Assembly (NCBI GenBank): GCA_030059665.1
Contig: JANVYR010000002.1
Span: forward strand, 352,001-416,000
Reading direction: 5' to 3'
DNA length: 64,000 nucleotides
Origin: Candidatus Calditenuis fumarioli
Lineage (GTDB): Archaea; Thermoproteota; Nitrososphaeria_A; Caldarchaeales; Calditenuaceae
Shown here: positions 1 through 9,972 of the stretch, in pieces
Position numbering within the stretch: the stretch's first letter is position 1
How the letters are laid out: each line of letters starts with the position of its first letter
Notes under the pieces: generated by a model
The model's database searches: none
Seen by the model: only the letters and a program-made list of their open reading frames with translations
What the model was told of the DNA's origin: nothing
Program-made: the position numbers and the translations under genes

Positions 1-852
1 CCAGCGACCATCGGGCTCCTCCCGATGCCAGGTGGAGCGTACGTCTCGGCGGTGATCGCGGACCCGCTCTACAGCAGGCTCGGCCTCGACGCCAAGCATA
101 AGGTCTTCATCAACTACTGGTGGAGGCACATCTGGATACCGATCTGGCCGCTGTACCAGGGAGTGATCCTGGCAGCCGCTATACTCAACACCACGCCCGT
201 GAACGTCATCCGCTGGACCTGGCCCGCATCGGTCGCGGCCATCCTCTCGGGTCTGGTCACCCTCAACTCCGTCCCCAGGGTCTCCGAGAACGGCGTGCCC
301 AGGGCGCTCGTCTCGCTCTGGCCGATCGCTCTGGTCGCGGTGCTGACGTTCGTTCTCCCGCTGCCGATCGCAGTGGCATCGGTCCTGATCCTTTACTCCC
401 TGGTGGAGAGGGTGGGGATGAGGGAGCTGCTAAGGGCCTTCAAGCACGGCCTCAACCCGAACATCCTTCTGATCATCGTCGGATCGCTCGTCTTCTCGGA
501 GTACATCGAGGCGACCGGGCTGAACCACCTCCTCTCGGACATCCTGGGCCCGTATGGTCCGGTGGCCGTGTTCTCCATCCCCCTGATCATCGGCTTCGCG
601 ACCGGTGTGGAGTTCTCGTTCGTCACGCTGACGTTCCCTCCGCTGCTCAACCTGCTCAACGGTTACATGCTCGCGCTGGCCTTCGCTGGCGGCCACATCG
701 GCGTCATGCTCAGCCCCGCTCACAGCTGCTTCGTCCTATCCGCGGAGCACTTCAGGTGTGAGATGAGGAGCGTCTACGGGTACCTGTTCAAAGCGGTGGC
801 GGTTGAAATCCCAATCGCAGCTGCACTGATATATCTTTTGATGACTCTGTAG
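1..852 (+). CDS. DUF401-family multi-pass membrane protein (5'-partial)
   Basis: Frame is open from the window start. Hydrophobic throughout, with GLLPMPGGA, WWRHIW and LSPAHSC motifs typical of DUF401/TIGR00529. Confidence 0.75.
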   Translation, partial: PATIGLLPMPGGAYVSAVIADPLYSRLGLDAKHKVFINYWWRHIWIPIWPLYQGVILAAAILNTTPVNVIRWTWPASVAAILSGLVTLNSVPRVSENGVPRALVSLWPIALVAVLTFVLPLPIAVASVLILYSLVERVGMRELLRAFKHGLNPNILLIIVGSLVFSEYIEATGLNHLLSDILGPYGPVAVFSIPLIIGFATGVEFSFVTLTFPPLLNLLNGYMLALAFAGGHIGVMLSPAHSCFVLSAEHFRCEMRSVYGYLFKAVAVEIPIAAALIYLLMTL

Positions 853-865
853 AAAATCCTGGACA

Positions 866-2854
866 TCAGAAGAGCTCGGAGATGTCCCTGACTTTCACCT
901 TGCCCTCAAGACCCATCACCCGGGCCGCGTCCTCGAGCATGGCGAGGCAGAACGGGCACTCGCTGACGACCACCTCTGCGCCGGTGGAGAGGGCCTCCTC
1001 GAGACGTTGGACGCTCTCCCTCTTCAACCGCTTGATCTCGTACCAGTAGTTCCCTCCACCGCCGCCGCAGCAGAACGTCTCCCTCCCCCTCCTTCTCATC
1101 TCCCTCAGGTCAAGCCCTGCAAGTGCCTGACGGGGCTCGCTAACGATCCCGTTGTGCCTGGCCAGGTAGCAGGAGTCGTGCAGCGTCACCGAGACCGCCT
1201 CCCTTGCCCTCAACTTCCCCTCGCTGACGAGCCTCCCCAGGAGGACCGAGTGGTGGAGCACCTCTATCTCCAACCCGAACTCCCTGTACTCGTTCCTAAG
1301 CGCCTGGAAGCAGTGCGGGCAGTGCGTAACCACCTTCTTCCCGTTAAGGGCCTTCAGGACCTCGACGTTCGCGTACGCCAGCTCCTGGAACCTCCCCTCC
1401 TCGCCGATCCGCCGGGCCTCAGCGCCTGTGCAGGACTCGGACGGCCCCAGCAGCGCGAAGTTCAGGCCGCACCTGTTCATCACCTCGACCATTTTCTTCG
1501 CGATCTGTCTCGCCCTCGAGTCGAAGGTGGCCAGGCACCCGAGCCAGTAGACGTACTCGGCATCGGGGTTCTCATCGAGCGTCTTCGCACCCAAAGCCCT
1601 CAGCTCCTCGATCGCCTCTTCTCTTGCCGAAGGCGGGAGGCCGTACATGTTACCGGTTCTACCGAGCGACGTGAGGACCTCCACCGCCCTCTTCTCAAGC
1701 CGTCCCTCGAAGGTCAGGGCCCTCCTCGCCTCTATGATGTACTCGAGCGGGCTGATCGTGACAGGGCAGGCCTCCACGCAGGCAGCGCAGGTGGTGCAGG
1801 CGAAGAGCTCGTCGTAGGTGAGGACCCCGGACTCGAAGACGTCCCTCGGCCCGCGCCTCCTCGACTCCCAAAGCTCGACCCGGAGCTTCTGGACCACCAT
1901 CCTCGGCGAGAGCGGAGTTCCGGCGGCGAACGCCGGACAGACGGCCTCGCACCTGCCGCAGTCGGTGCAGGCGTCGAGCCCCATCCTCTGGTACCAGCTC
2001 AGCTCCGTAACTTTCCTGAAGCCCACCCTGATCTCGGCCGACTCGTCGAGCTCCTGGAGCTTGAAGGGCGTGCCCGCAATCATGGGGAGCCTCGGTGCGG
2101 TGTGAGAGAGTCCAGCGTAGAAGACGGCCACGACCGAGTGGAGGAGGTTGGTGAAGGGGAGGGATGCGACGAGCCCGAAGGCCACCAGCGCGTGCGACCA
2201 CCACACCCAGCCGTACAGCTGGGCCATCGCCTCACGCGGAGGTCCCAGGTAGGAGAGGGCAACAGAAACGGAGTTGCCGACGAACGAGTAACCAGACCAA
2301 GGGACCCGGGTGACGTAGAGCCTGACACCCTCGAGGAGGTAACCGGTGACGCCGATGTAAAGGAGGCCGTACAGGTAGGAGTAGTACTCGACCCTGTTCC
2401 TGAGCCTCCTGACGCCAGCGTAGTGCCTCCCCAGCGCCACCAGAAGGCCGTAGAGAAGGAAGAGCCCGAAGAGGTCGAGCGTCGCCTCGAAGGCCAGGTA
2501 GAATGTGCCCTCGAGGAGCTTTCCTCCGAACCGCTCGAAGAGGTCGAAGTCGATGGCCACCAGCACGGTCCCTATGAAGAGCGCGAGGATGCCGTAGCTC
2601 AGGCCCAGGTGCATCAGCCCCGGTCCCATCTCCCTGAGGATCCGCCTCTGGGCTACCGCGTACCGCACGACGTTCCTGAGCCAGCCCACCGGGTCCCTGG
2701 CGATGGCCCTGAGGGCCTCGAGTCCGTACTCGGAGAGCTTCAGGTAAAGTCCGTAGAGGAAGACCGCAGCGAACGGTATCAGAACGAGGTACATCATCAG
2801 CTCGGTACCGTGCGGGAGCAGCGCGAAGTTCTCCCTAGCCGGGAGCTCGCTCAC
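866..2854 (-). CDS. Membrane-bound Fe-S oxidoreductase (FadF/HdrD/GlpC-like: TM domain, 2x[4Fe-4S], two CCG domains)
   Basis: N-terminal TM helices; CTDCGRCEAVCP and CTTCAACVEACP ferredoxin motifs; CCG motifs (HDSCYL, CCGGGGG, CPFC). Confidence 0.85.
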   Translation of the reverse strand: MSELPARENFALLPHGTELMMYLVLIPFAAVFLYGLYLKLSEYGLEALRAIARDPVGWLRNVVRYAVAQRRILREMGPGLMHLGLSYGILALFIGTVLVAIDFDLFERFGGKLLEGTFYLAFEATLDLFGLFLLYGLLVALGRHYAGVRRLRNRVEYYSYLYGLLYIGVTGYLLEGVRLYVTRVPWSGYSFVGNSVSVALSYLGPPREAMAQLYGWVWWSHALVAFGLVASLPFTNLLHSVVAVFYAGLSHTAPRLPMIAGTPFKLQELDESAEIRVGFRKVTELSWYQRMGLDACTDCGRCEAVCPAFAAGTPLSPRMVVQKLRVELWESRRRGPRDVFESGVLTYDELFACTTCAACVEACPVTISPLEYIIEARRALTFEGRLEKRAVEVLTSLGRTGNMYGLPPSAREEAIEELRALGAKTLDENPDAEYVYWLGCLATFDSRARQIAKKMVEVMNRCGLNFALLGPSESCTGAEARRIGEEGRFQELAYANVEVLKALNGKKVVTHCPHCFQALRNEYREFGLEIEVLHHSVLLGRLVSEGKLRAREAVSVTLHDSCYLARHNGIVSEPRQALAGLDLREMRRRGRETFCCGGGGGNYWYEIKRLKRESVQRLEEALSTGAEVVVSECPFCLAMLEDAARVMGLEGKVKVRDISELF

Positions 2855-2915
2855 GCGATGATCGGGTGACCAGAAAGATAAGAACCTGCGGACGTCACAA
2901 GTGAGGTGTGCGCCT

Positions 2916-4226
2916 TCAGGTCCTCAGGTCCAGGACGCGCTTCGCCTTGCCAACCTCCTGCCTCGGCAGCGTCATCGGGTCCACCAGCTCCACCACCGGG
3001 TCCACCAGCAGGCTCTCCGCGATCTCCCGGCGCACCCTCTCCGCTAATTCCCTCCTCCTCTCCTGAGGCACGTCGGAAGAGGCGAGCTCGACCGTCAGCT
3101 TCATGACGTCCAGCCCCTTCTCCCGTGTCAGTGTGATCTGGTACTCCATCCCCAGCTCCGGGAACCTCATCAGCACCGCCTCTATAGCCGACGGCCAGAT
3201 CGCGACGCCCCTCACCTTGACCATGTCGTCGATCCTTCCGGTGATCCGCTCGATCCTGAGGTGGGTCCTGCCGCAGTCGCAAGCCCTCGCGTCGTAGACC
3301 CTCGAGACGTCCCTGCTCCTGTACCTGATCAGTGGCATCGCCTCCTTCGTCAGCGTCGTGAAGACCAGCTCGCCCCTCTCCTCCGGCCCCACCGGCTCCC
3401 CGGTCTTGGGGTCTATCACCTCGACCAGGAAGTGGTCCTCCCAGAGGTGGAGGCCGTCGTGGAGGTAGCAGTCGTTGGCCACACCCGGCCCGCAGAGCTC
3501 GGTGAAGCCGTAGATGTCGTAGACGTCCATGTCCCAGGCCTTCGAGATCCTGCGCTTCATCTCTTCTGACCAAATCTCTGAACCGAAGACGCCCTTCCTG
3601 ACCAGCGTGTCCCTCGCCGGGTCGACGCCCATCTCGTAGGCCGTCTCGGTCAGCCTCAGCACGTACGAGACCACAGCGCTGATCATGGTGGTGCCGAGAT
3701 CGCGCATCAGCTGTATCTGCCTCCTGCTGTTGCCCGCACCCGTTGGCACGATGAAGGCGCCGATCTTCCGGGCGCCGTAGTAGAACCCGAAGCCGCCGGT
3801 GAAGAGGCCGAAGCTTGGGGTGATCTGGAAGACGTCCTCCTTCCTGAGGCCCGACATGTACAGGGACCTGGCCATAACCTCAGCCCAGACCTCGATGTCG
3901 TTCATCGTGTAGAGCCCGACGGTTGGCGTGCCGGTAGTGCCCGAGGTCATGTGGATCTCCACCAGCTCCGACTTGGGAACCGCGAGCAATCCGAAGGGAT
4001 AGGTGGCCCTCAGCGTCTCCTTGTCGGTGAACGGGAGCTTCCTCAGGTCGTCGAGCGTCCTCACGTCGTCCGGCGTCAACCCCCTCTCCCTCATCGCCTC
4101 CCGGTAGAAGCGGACGTTCTCGTAGGAGTGCTTGACCGTCCACCTCAACCTCTCCAGCTTCAGCTTTTCCAGCTCCTCGCGGGGCATCGTCTCCGCGCGC
4201 CGGTTGTAGTAGCCCTCCGCCCTCAC
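2916..4226 (-). CDS. paaK: Phenylacetate--CoA ligase
   Basis: TSGTTG P-loop, YGFTEL, RYRSRD and GRIDDMVKVRGV motifs of the ANL family. Start placed at GTG 4226; the ORF-track extension upstream is probably non-coding. Confidence 0.85.
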   Translation of the reverse strand: MRAEGYYNRRAETMPREELEKLKLERLRWTVKHSYENVRFYREAMRERGLTPDDVRTLDDLRKLPFTDKETLRATYPFGLLAVPKSELVEIHMTSGTTGTPTVGLYTMNDIEVWAEVMARSLYMSGLRKEDVFQITPSFGLFTGGFGFYYGARKIGAFIVPTGAGNSRRQIQLMRDLGTTMISAVVSYVLRLTETAYEMGVDPARDTLVRKGVFGSEIWSEEMKRRISKAWDMDVYDIYGFTELCGPGVANDCYLHDGLHLWEDHFLVEVIDPKTGEPVGPEERGELVFTTLTKEAMPLIRYRSRDVSRVYDARACDCGRTHLRIERITGRIDDMVKVRGVAIWPSAIEAVLMRFPELGMEYQITLTREKGLDVMKLTVELASSDVPQERRRELAERVRREIAESLLVDPVVELVDPMTLPRQEVGKAKRVLDLRT

Positions 4227-4302
4227 ACCAGAGAACCGACCGACGGTCTCATTAAAATCTGAAAGCGGAGGGTGGCACTGAGGCTTCACATGTGCTGAAC
4301 CG

Positions 4303-6054
4303 TCACGTCTTCCCGCCTGAGGACCGACCTGCAAGGACGTCATCGATCGAGCCGACGTTCCTCTCCCTCCGCTCGACAAGCCCCCTGATCCACTCGACGA
4401 AGTCGCCCAGCGCGACGTTCCTCGCCACCTTCCCCTCGTGGTCCCTGACCGATACCGTGCCGGAGCCCTCCTCCGCCTCGCCCACTATCACCGCGAACGA
4501 GGCCCTCCGCCGGTGCGCCTCCCTGATCCTCTTCTCCAAGGTGCCCTCAGTCCACAGCTCGGCCCTTATGCCAGCTTCGAGAAGGGCCCTCAGCACCACC
4601 TCCGCGTAACCCGACTGGGCAGACCTCACCGGCAGCACCACCGCCTGAAGCGGCGAGAGCCAGACGGGCAGCCTGCCGTTGTAGTGCTCCAGCAGCAGAC
4701 CTGTGAAGCGCTCGAGGCTTCCGAGGATGGCCCTGTGGATCATCACGGGCCTCTTCCTCGTGCCGTCCTGATCGACGTACTCGAGGCCCAGCCGCTCGGG
4801 CATGAAGAAGTCCAGCTGTATTGTGGAGCACTGCCACCGCCTCCCCATCGAGTCCTCCACGTCCACGTCGATCTTCGGTCCGTAGAACGCGCCCTCGCCG
4901 TGCTTGATCTCGTAGCGGATCCCGGTCGACTCGAGGGCCGCCTTCAGATCCGACTCGGCCAGGTCCCAGAGCTCCTTCGTCCCTATGTGCCTCTCGGGCC
5001 TCGTGGAGAGGTTGACGTGGACGGGTGCTCCTAGAACGCGATCCAGCACCTCGAACGCCGCGAAGAGTATCTCCCTCACCACCTGCTCGACCTGATCGGG
5101 CCTGGCGAATACGTGGCCGTCGTCCTGAGTGATGCTCCTGACCCTGAGGAGGCCCGTGAGCTCACCGGGCTGCTCGTTCCTGTAGACCGTGCCGAACTCC
5201 GAGAGCTTCACCGGAAGGTCCCGGTAGCTTCTGGTGGAGCTGGCGTAGATCATCGCGTGACCCGGGCAGTTCATCGGCTTCAGCACGTACTCCTCGTCGC
5301 CGATCCTGAAGAGGAACATCCTGTCCCTGAAGGTCTCGTAGTGGCCTGTCCTCTGCCAGAGCGTCGACCTGAAGAGGTGCGGCGTCCAGACCTCCCTGAA
5401 CCCGAGCCTCCGGTTCACCTCGCGGATCAGCCTGATCAGCTCCTCCCTGATGATGGCGCCGTTGGGGTGGAACAGTATCAGCCCGGAACCCACGTTCTCG
5501 TTGACGCTGAAGACGTCCAGCTCCCTGCCGAGGCGTATGTGGAGCGGTTCGCGCTCGGCCCTCTCAGCCACATGCTCCGCCCTCTGGGCCCTCTCCTGCA
5601 CCGCACCGACCTGGGCCCTCTCCTCCTTCCGCGCAACGACGTCGTCCTTCGTCACGACCCTCAGCTGCTCCGCCAAGGGATGGCCCTTCACCGAGAGCGT
5701 GAAGCGCTTGTTCCAGCCGAAGGGCGCCCGGTAGACCTCAAGCCCCATCGATCGGGCCTCAGCCTCCATCCTCCTGAGGATCTCCAGCGCCTTCTCCGGT
5801 CTCGCCAGCTCCGGGCTCAGGTGGGCGTAGGGGTAGATCAGGAGACGCTTCACGCCGAGCCTCTCCATGAAGCTCGCCACCTGTCTGAGCATCTCCGCAG
5901 CGACCTCGGGCGTGTCATCGCGCTCGACGCTGGTGAAGAGCACCACCGCCTCCTCCACCCGGTACCTCCTCCTGTCCACCTCCTCGAACACCCTTCCCTC
6001 TACCTGAACCGGCTCGTACTCGATCGAGTCGACGTGGAGCTGCAGCGCCCTCAT
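4303..6054 (-). CDS. thrS: Threonine--tRNA ligase with archaeal N-terminal editing domain
   Basis: MRALQLHVD start; YPYAHLS and APFGWNK editing-domain motifs; KPMNCPGH, YRNE and FYGPKID catalytic motifs; anticodon-binding domain. Confidence 0.95.
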   Translation of the reverse strand: MRALQLHVDSIEYEPVQVEGRVFEEVDRRRYRVEEAVVLFTSVERDDTPEVAAEMLRQVASFMERLGVKRLLIYPYAHLSPELARPEKALEILRRMEAEARSMGLEVYRAPFGWNKRFTLSVKGHPLAEQLRVVTKDDVVARKEERAQVGAVQERAQRAEHVAERAEREPLHIRLGRELDVFSVNENVGSGLILFHPNGAIIREELIRLIREVNRRLGFREVWTPHLFRSTLWQRTGHYETFRDRMFLFRIGDEEYVLKPMNCPGHAMIYASSTRSYRDLPVKLSEFGTVYRNEQPGELTGLLRVRSITQDDGHVFARPDQVEQVVREILFAAFEVLDRVLGAPVHVNLSTRPERHIGTKELWDLAESDLKAALESTGIRYEIKHGEGAFYGPKIDVDVEDSMGRRWQCSTIQLDFFMPERLGLEYVDQDGTRKRPVMIHRAILGSLERFTGLLLEHYNGRLPVWLSPLQAVVLPVRSAQSGYAEVVLRALLEAGIRAELWTEGTLEKRIREAHRRRASFAVIVGEAEEGSGTVSVRDHEGKVARNVALGDFVEWIRGLVERRERNVGSIDDVLAGRSSGGKT

Positions 6055-6172
6055 CCCGCGCTTCACTTCCCTCCGGACCTTGCTGTTATTGAGGGTGGTC
6101 CCCGGATATTCCCCAAGCTGGGGGGAGGGGAATACGTCAGGCTGCTGACCCGGTGCCGCAGGAGCCGAAGCT

Positions 6173-6853
6173 ATGACCGCGGTTCGCCTGAAGCCGCGCG
6201 TGAGGGGTACCTTCGCCGACGACGTGGCTGTCCTGAGGGAGGCCGTGAGGAGGAGGTACGGAGAGGGCGTTGCGAGGGCACTCGAGGATCCTGCCTCCAA
6301 GCTCCTCGAGCTCCACAGCAGGGGGATCGTCAAGACCAACCACTCGGTCCTCGAGCTGATCTGCGCCGCGCACCTCATCTCGATGGGTTACGAGGTCGAC
6401 GTCGAGCGGCAGCTGGAGGGTCCGCTGGTCTGCGACGTCTACGGCGTCAAGGGCGGGGGAACGATCGTGGTCGAGATCGAGACGGGCTTCACGTCACCGG
6501 AGCACGCGCTCGACCCGCTCACCTACCTCAGGGCCCGGATCGCCAGCAAGGTGGCCCGCTACAGCAGGTTCGCCGACCGGTTCTGCCTCGCCACGCCGAG
6601 GAACAACCTCCTCGAGATCCACAGCGCCCTCATCAAGCCTCCCGCAGCGAGGACCCGGACCGAGCTGGAGCGCCTAAAGGCCCTCTGCGACCTGTACTAC
6701 ACGAGCCCGCCGGTGACGATGGAGGAGCTGAGGAACTGCAGGCTCCACTCGGTGATGGTGATCGACGTGGACGACCTCACGGTCCAGGAGTTCTCACCGG
6801 AGGAGTACAGGGAGATGCTGACGCGCTGCGGCCTCTCCGAGTGGGACGATTAG
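6173..6853 (+). CDS. Conserved hypothetical protein with PD-(D/E)XK nuclease-like motif
   Basis: Host-like codon usage. E...CDVYGVK...VVEIETG resembles a restriction-endonuclease-fold signature. I recall a similar ETGFTxPEHALD motif in Nitrososphaerota hypothetical proteins. Confidence 0.65.
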   Translation: MTAVRLKPRVRGTFADDVAVLREAVRRRYGEGVARALEDPASKLLELHSRGIVKTNHSVLELICAAHLISMGYEVDVERQLEGPLVCDVYGVKGGGTIVVEIETGFTSPEHALDPLTYLRARIASKVARYSRFADRFCLATPRNNLLEIHSALIKPPAARTRTELERLKALCDLYYTSPPVTMEELRNCRLHSVMVIDVDDLTVQEFSPEEYREMLTRCGLSEWDD

Positions 6854-8379
6854 GGCTCCTGGAATTCTCGGAGGTACCTGGGGCCGGAGCTGGTGACGAC
6901 CCGCCAGAGGAGAGCAGAGGCGGAGACTACGTAGACGCAGAGCCCAGCGAGCAGCACGGGGCTCACGACGTCGGGCGCGGGGTACAGCACCCTCACGACG
7001 ACGACCGGGAGCGACAGCAGCGCGGAGCCCAGCATCGGGAAGAGGACGTACAGGAGCGAGCCGAGCGAGAGCGGCGACGTGGCCACCCTCGAGGAGACCG
7101 AGATCGCCACGGACAGTAGCGAACCGAAGGAGGACATCGCGAAGAGCAGCAGCGAGTCGACCAGCAGGAAGGGGACCTCCTCCGCTCCCAGAGAGATCAG
7201 GGCGTAGAGCAGGCCCGAGAAAACAACGGTGACCGTCAGGTAGGAGAGCGAGAGGGTGCCGACGTAGCTCCTGAGGGCGTCGCCCGTGACCGAGATGTAC
7301 CACGTGTTCCTCCGCTCGGAGACGTTCCAGTTGATCGCCAGCAGCGCCGGCAATAGCGGCGTGTACATGGCCACCATCGAGAGCTCGGCCAGCCTGGGGA
7401 AGCTCCCGAAGCCCGTGAGCCTCGGTATCGCGGAGTTCACCAGCGTCAGGAACGCCAGCACCATCGCCCCGGTCCAGAGGCTCCCCTCCCTGGAGATCCT
7501 GGTCAGGTGGAGCGCGTACATCGTCCACCATAGCCCTCCACGACCGACCAGACCGATCGAGGCGCTTAGGACCCCGGGGATCCTGAGGTACCTCGGCATC
7601 CGACGGGGAGGCTCCATCAGCACCGTCATCAGCAGCGGCGAGACCGCGGTGTAGAACCTGGCCCTGGAGAGGACGGCGTATGCGGCCACCAGCAGCGCGA
7701 GGTAGAGCGAGACGACCGGCAACCTCGAGGCGTCACCGGCCAGCAGGAGGGCCAACGCCTGGACCGGGTGGTAGGCCATCCACGGAGGGGAGTCGATGCC
7801 GGCCGCAAGCAAAACCACCGGCAGCACCACCAGCCCCATCACCGCCCAGCCCATTGCCCTCGACGCCCTCTCTCCGACGACGGCCCTCGAGACCCCGAGG
7901 AGGTGAGAGGTCATGGCAGCCATCAGGATGGCGGTCAGGTAGGTCAGGGCAGCGGTGGGGAGGTAGGCGAGGTGGCGGGGATAGGTCAGCACCGATATGG
8001 CGACGAGCGAGGAGGGTACCGAGTAGAGGCTCAGCAGCATCACCTGGAACGCGAGGTCCGAGAGCAGGAAGACGTGGGGCCTGACCGGTGAGGTCAGCAC
8101 GAACTCGACCTCGTAGGGGAAGGCCGTCACACCGCCCCTCGTTCCCAGAAAGGCTCCTATCCCGAGCATGGAGGTGACCGTGACCAGCGAGAGGACCTCG
8201 AGCGCTCCGGAGACCCCGCCCAGGGCCGAGGATCCGAGGAACCTGAGGAAGAGGGCGAGAGCTCCCACCACGAAGGTCCAGAGGAGGTAGAACGTGACCA
8301 GCGAGAAAACCGACCTGGGAGAGCGCCTGACGTGGCCGAAGTACTGCTTCACCTTCGCCGATAGCAGCAACCGGATCAT
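6850..8379 (-). CDS. Putative ABC exporter permease (about 12 TM)
   Basis: Hydrophobic 509 aa; 4-nt overlap with the upstream ABC ATPase. Confidence 0.7.
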   Translation of the reverse strand: MIRLLLSAKVKQYFGHVRRSPRSVFSLVTFYLLWTFVVGALALFLRFLGSSALGGVSGALEVLSLVTVTSMLGIGAFLGTRGGVTAFPYEVEFVLTSPVRPHVFLLSDLAFQVMLLSLYSVPSSLVAISVLTYPRHLAYLPTAALTYLTAILMAAMTSHLLGVSRAVVGERASRAMGWAVMGLVVLPVVLLAAGIDSPPWMAYHPVQALALLLAGDASRLPVVSLYLALLVAAYAVLSRARFYTAVSPLLMTVLMEPPRRMPRYLRIPGVLSASIGLVGRGGLWWTMYALHLTRISREGSLWTGAMVLAFLTLVNSAIPRLTGFGSFPRLAELSMVAMYTPLLPALLAINWNVSERRNTWYISVTGDALRSYVGTLSLSYLTVTVVFSGLLYALISLGAEEVPFLLVDSLLLFAMSSFGSLLSVAISVSSRVATSPLSLGSLLYVLFPMLGSALLSLPVVVVRVLYPAPDVVSPVLLAGLCVYVVSASALLWRVVTSSGPRYLREFQEP

Positions 8380-9119
8380 CCGGTCCTTCCCCGGGAGCCA
8401 CGAACGATGTTGATGAACGCCTCCTCAAGCGTTGACCCCTCGTCGAGCCCGGCCCTCCTGAGGATCTCGGAGATGGTCCCCGAGGCCACCGCGCGGCCGG
8501 AGCTGAGGATGGTGGCCCTGTCGCAGAGCCTCTCGACCGAGTCCAGGAGGTGCGTGCTCACCAGCACAGCGCCCCCTGCCTTGGCGGTCTCGCGCATCAG
8601 CACCTTCGCGACCCGCTGGGCCTCCGGGTCCAGGCCGTTGAACGGCTCGTCGAGCACCAGTATCTTCGGGGAGTTGATCACGGCCGCCGCGAAGGCGACC
8701 CTCTGCCTCGTCCCCTTCGAGAGGTCGTGGATGAGCCTCTCCCAATGGGCCTCAACGCCGAAGAGCGCAGCCACCTCCTCCGCCCTGTCCCGGGCCTCCC
8801 TCGGCTCGAGACCCTTCAGCCTGCCCATCAGGAGCAGGAACTCCCCCACCGTCAGGTACTCCGGGAGCGAGGGGTTCTCCGGGAGGTACCCGAGCAGCTC
8901 CTTGTAGGTCCAGTCGTCCGGGACCTCCCTCCCCGCCACCCTTATCGCGCCCCGGTCGGGCCTGAGCAGCCCCACCACGCACTTGACCGTCGTCGTCTTC
9001 CCGGCGCCGTTGGGGCCGAGCAGCCCGTGGACCTCACCCGCCTCGACGGTGAAGGAGAGGCCCCTCACGACCGGCCCCTCGCCGAAGTCCTTCCAGAGGT
9101 CCCTGACCTCGATGATCAA
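8376..9119 (-). CDS. ABC transporter ATP-binding protein (exporter type)
   Basis: GPNGAGKTT Walker A, LSKG signature, LVLDEP Walker B, STH. Confidence 0.92.
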   Translation of the reverse strand: MIIEVRDLWKDFGEGPVVRGLSFTVEAGEVHGLLGPNGAGKTTTVKCVVGLLRPDRGAIRVAGREVPDDWTYKELLGYLPENPSLPEYLTVGEFLLLMGRLKGLEPREARDRAEEVAALFGVEAHWERLIHDLSKGTRQRVAFAAAVINSPKILVLDEPFNGLDPEAQRVAKVLMRETAKAGGAVLVSTHLLDSVERLCDRATILSSGRAVASGTISEILRRAGLDEGSTLEEAFINIVRGSRGRTG

Positions 9120-9159
9120 CCCACGTCGACCAGCTTCTACCCCCCCGAAAAGCCTTCGC

Positions 9160-9972
9160 TCATCCCGTCAGTAGGTAGACGACCGATGCCACGACTGCAC
9201 CCGTCAGCGCGCAGACCGCGTTGACCGCCTGGTTGTCGAAGCCCCTGATCCCCCTGACGAGCTGCGCGGGCGCTCCGCAGTGTACTGGGACCTCCGTCAG
9301 GGCCCCGCAGACGCCGCACCGGTAAACGGCCTGGAGCAGCTGGCCCGAGACGCTGTCAACAGTGGTCCCGACGACGGACGAGAGGGTCACCGTTAGCAGC
9401 AGGCGCGAAGGCCCGAGAGGGTTCGTGAAGAACAGGACCGAGACGGCCCACGAGATGGCCGCCGCCGTCAGGGCTCCCACGTAGCCCAGCGCCGTCACGC
9501 CTCCCGGCTCGCCGGGCCTAGCCTCTCCGAAACCCAGTATCCTCCTGACCTTCCCCCTGCTCAGGAGCCCCACCTCGGTCGCCATCGTGTCGGCGAAGAC
9601 CGCCGCGACGGATCCGATGAAGGCGTGGACGAACAGGTGATGGTTGGATGGGTAGAGCGCGCTGAGGAGAGCCGCGACGCCCGCGACGCCACCGTTCCCC
9701 ACCACGTTCCTCCACCCCCTCATCCCTCCCTTCAGCTCTGCCGCGCCGACGGCCCTCTTCCTCTCGTAGCCGATGCGTGTGAAGGCCGCCGAGACCGCGA
9801 GGAACGTCACCAGCAGCACCGCCCCTCCACGGCCCACCGTGAGGTAGACGACCGCTCCCAGGACCACCGCCGCAGCTCCTCCTGCCGCGTCGAGGACCCT
9901 CGTCCTCCAGACGACGACGCTCACGGCTCCCAGGAAGGCCGCGGCCTCGAGCAGCAGCCAGAGGTCAACCAT
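9160..9972 (-). CDS. DUF92/TMEM19-family membrane protein
   Basis: RGWRNVVGNGG, ADTMATEVG, GGVTALG, DSVSG and DNQAVN motifs. Confidence 0.85.
   Translation of the reverse strand: MVDLWLLLEAAAFLGAVSVVVWRTRVLDAAGGAAAVVLGAVVYLTVGRGGAVLLVTFLAVSAAFTRIGYERKRAVGAAELKGGMRGWRNVVGNGGVAGVAALLSALYPSNHHLFVHAFIGSVAAVFADTMATEVGLLSRGKVRRILGFGEARPGEPGGVTALGYVGALTAAAISWAVSVLFFTNPLGPSRLLLTVTLSSVVGTTVDSVSGQLLQAVYRCGVCGALTEVPVHCGAPAQLVRGIRGFDNQAVNAVCALTGAVVASVVYLLTG

Noticed and set aside
5113-7119. Long antisense or alternate-frame ORFs (e.g. 5113-7119, 1007-2869, 36845-39064, 44509-46407, 27174-28940)
   Set aside because: Shadow ORFs caused by high GC3: rich in Arg/Pro/Gly, overlapping well-supported genes, no motifs.
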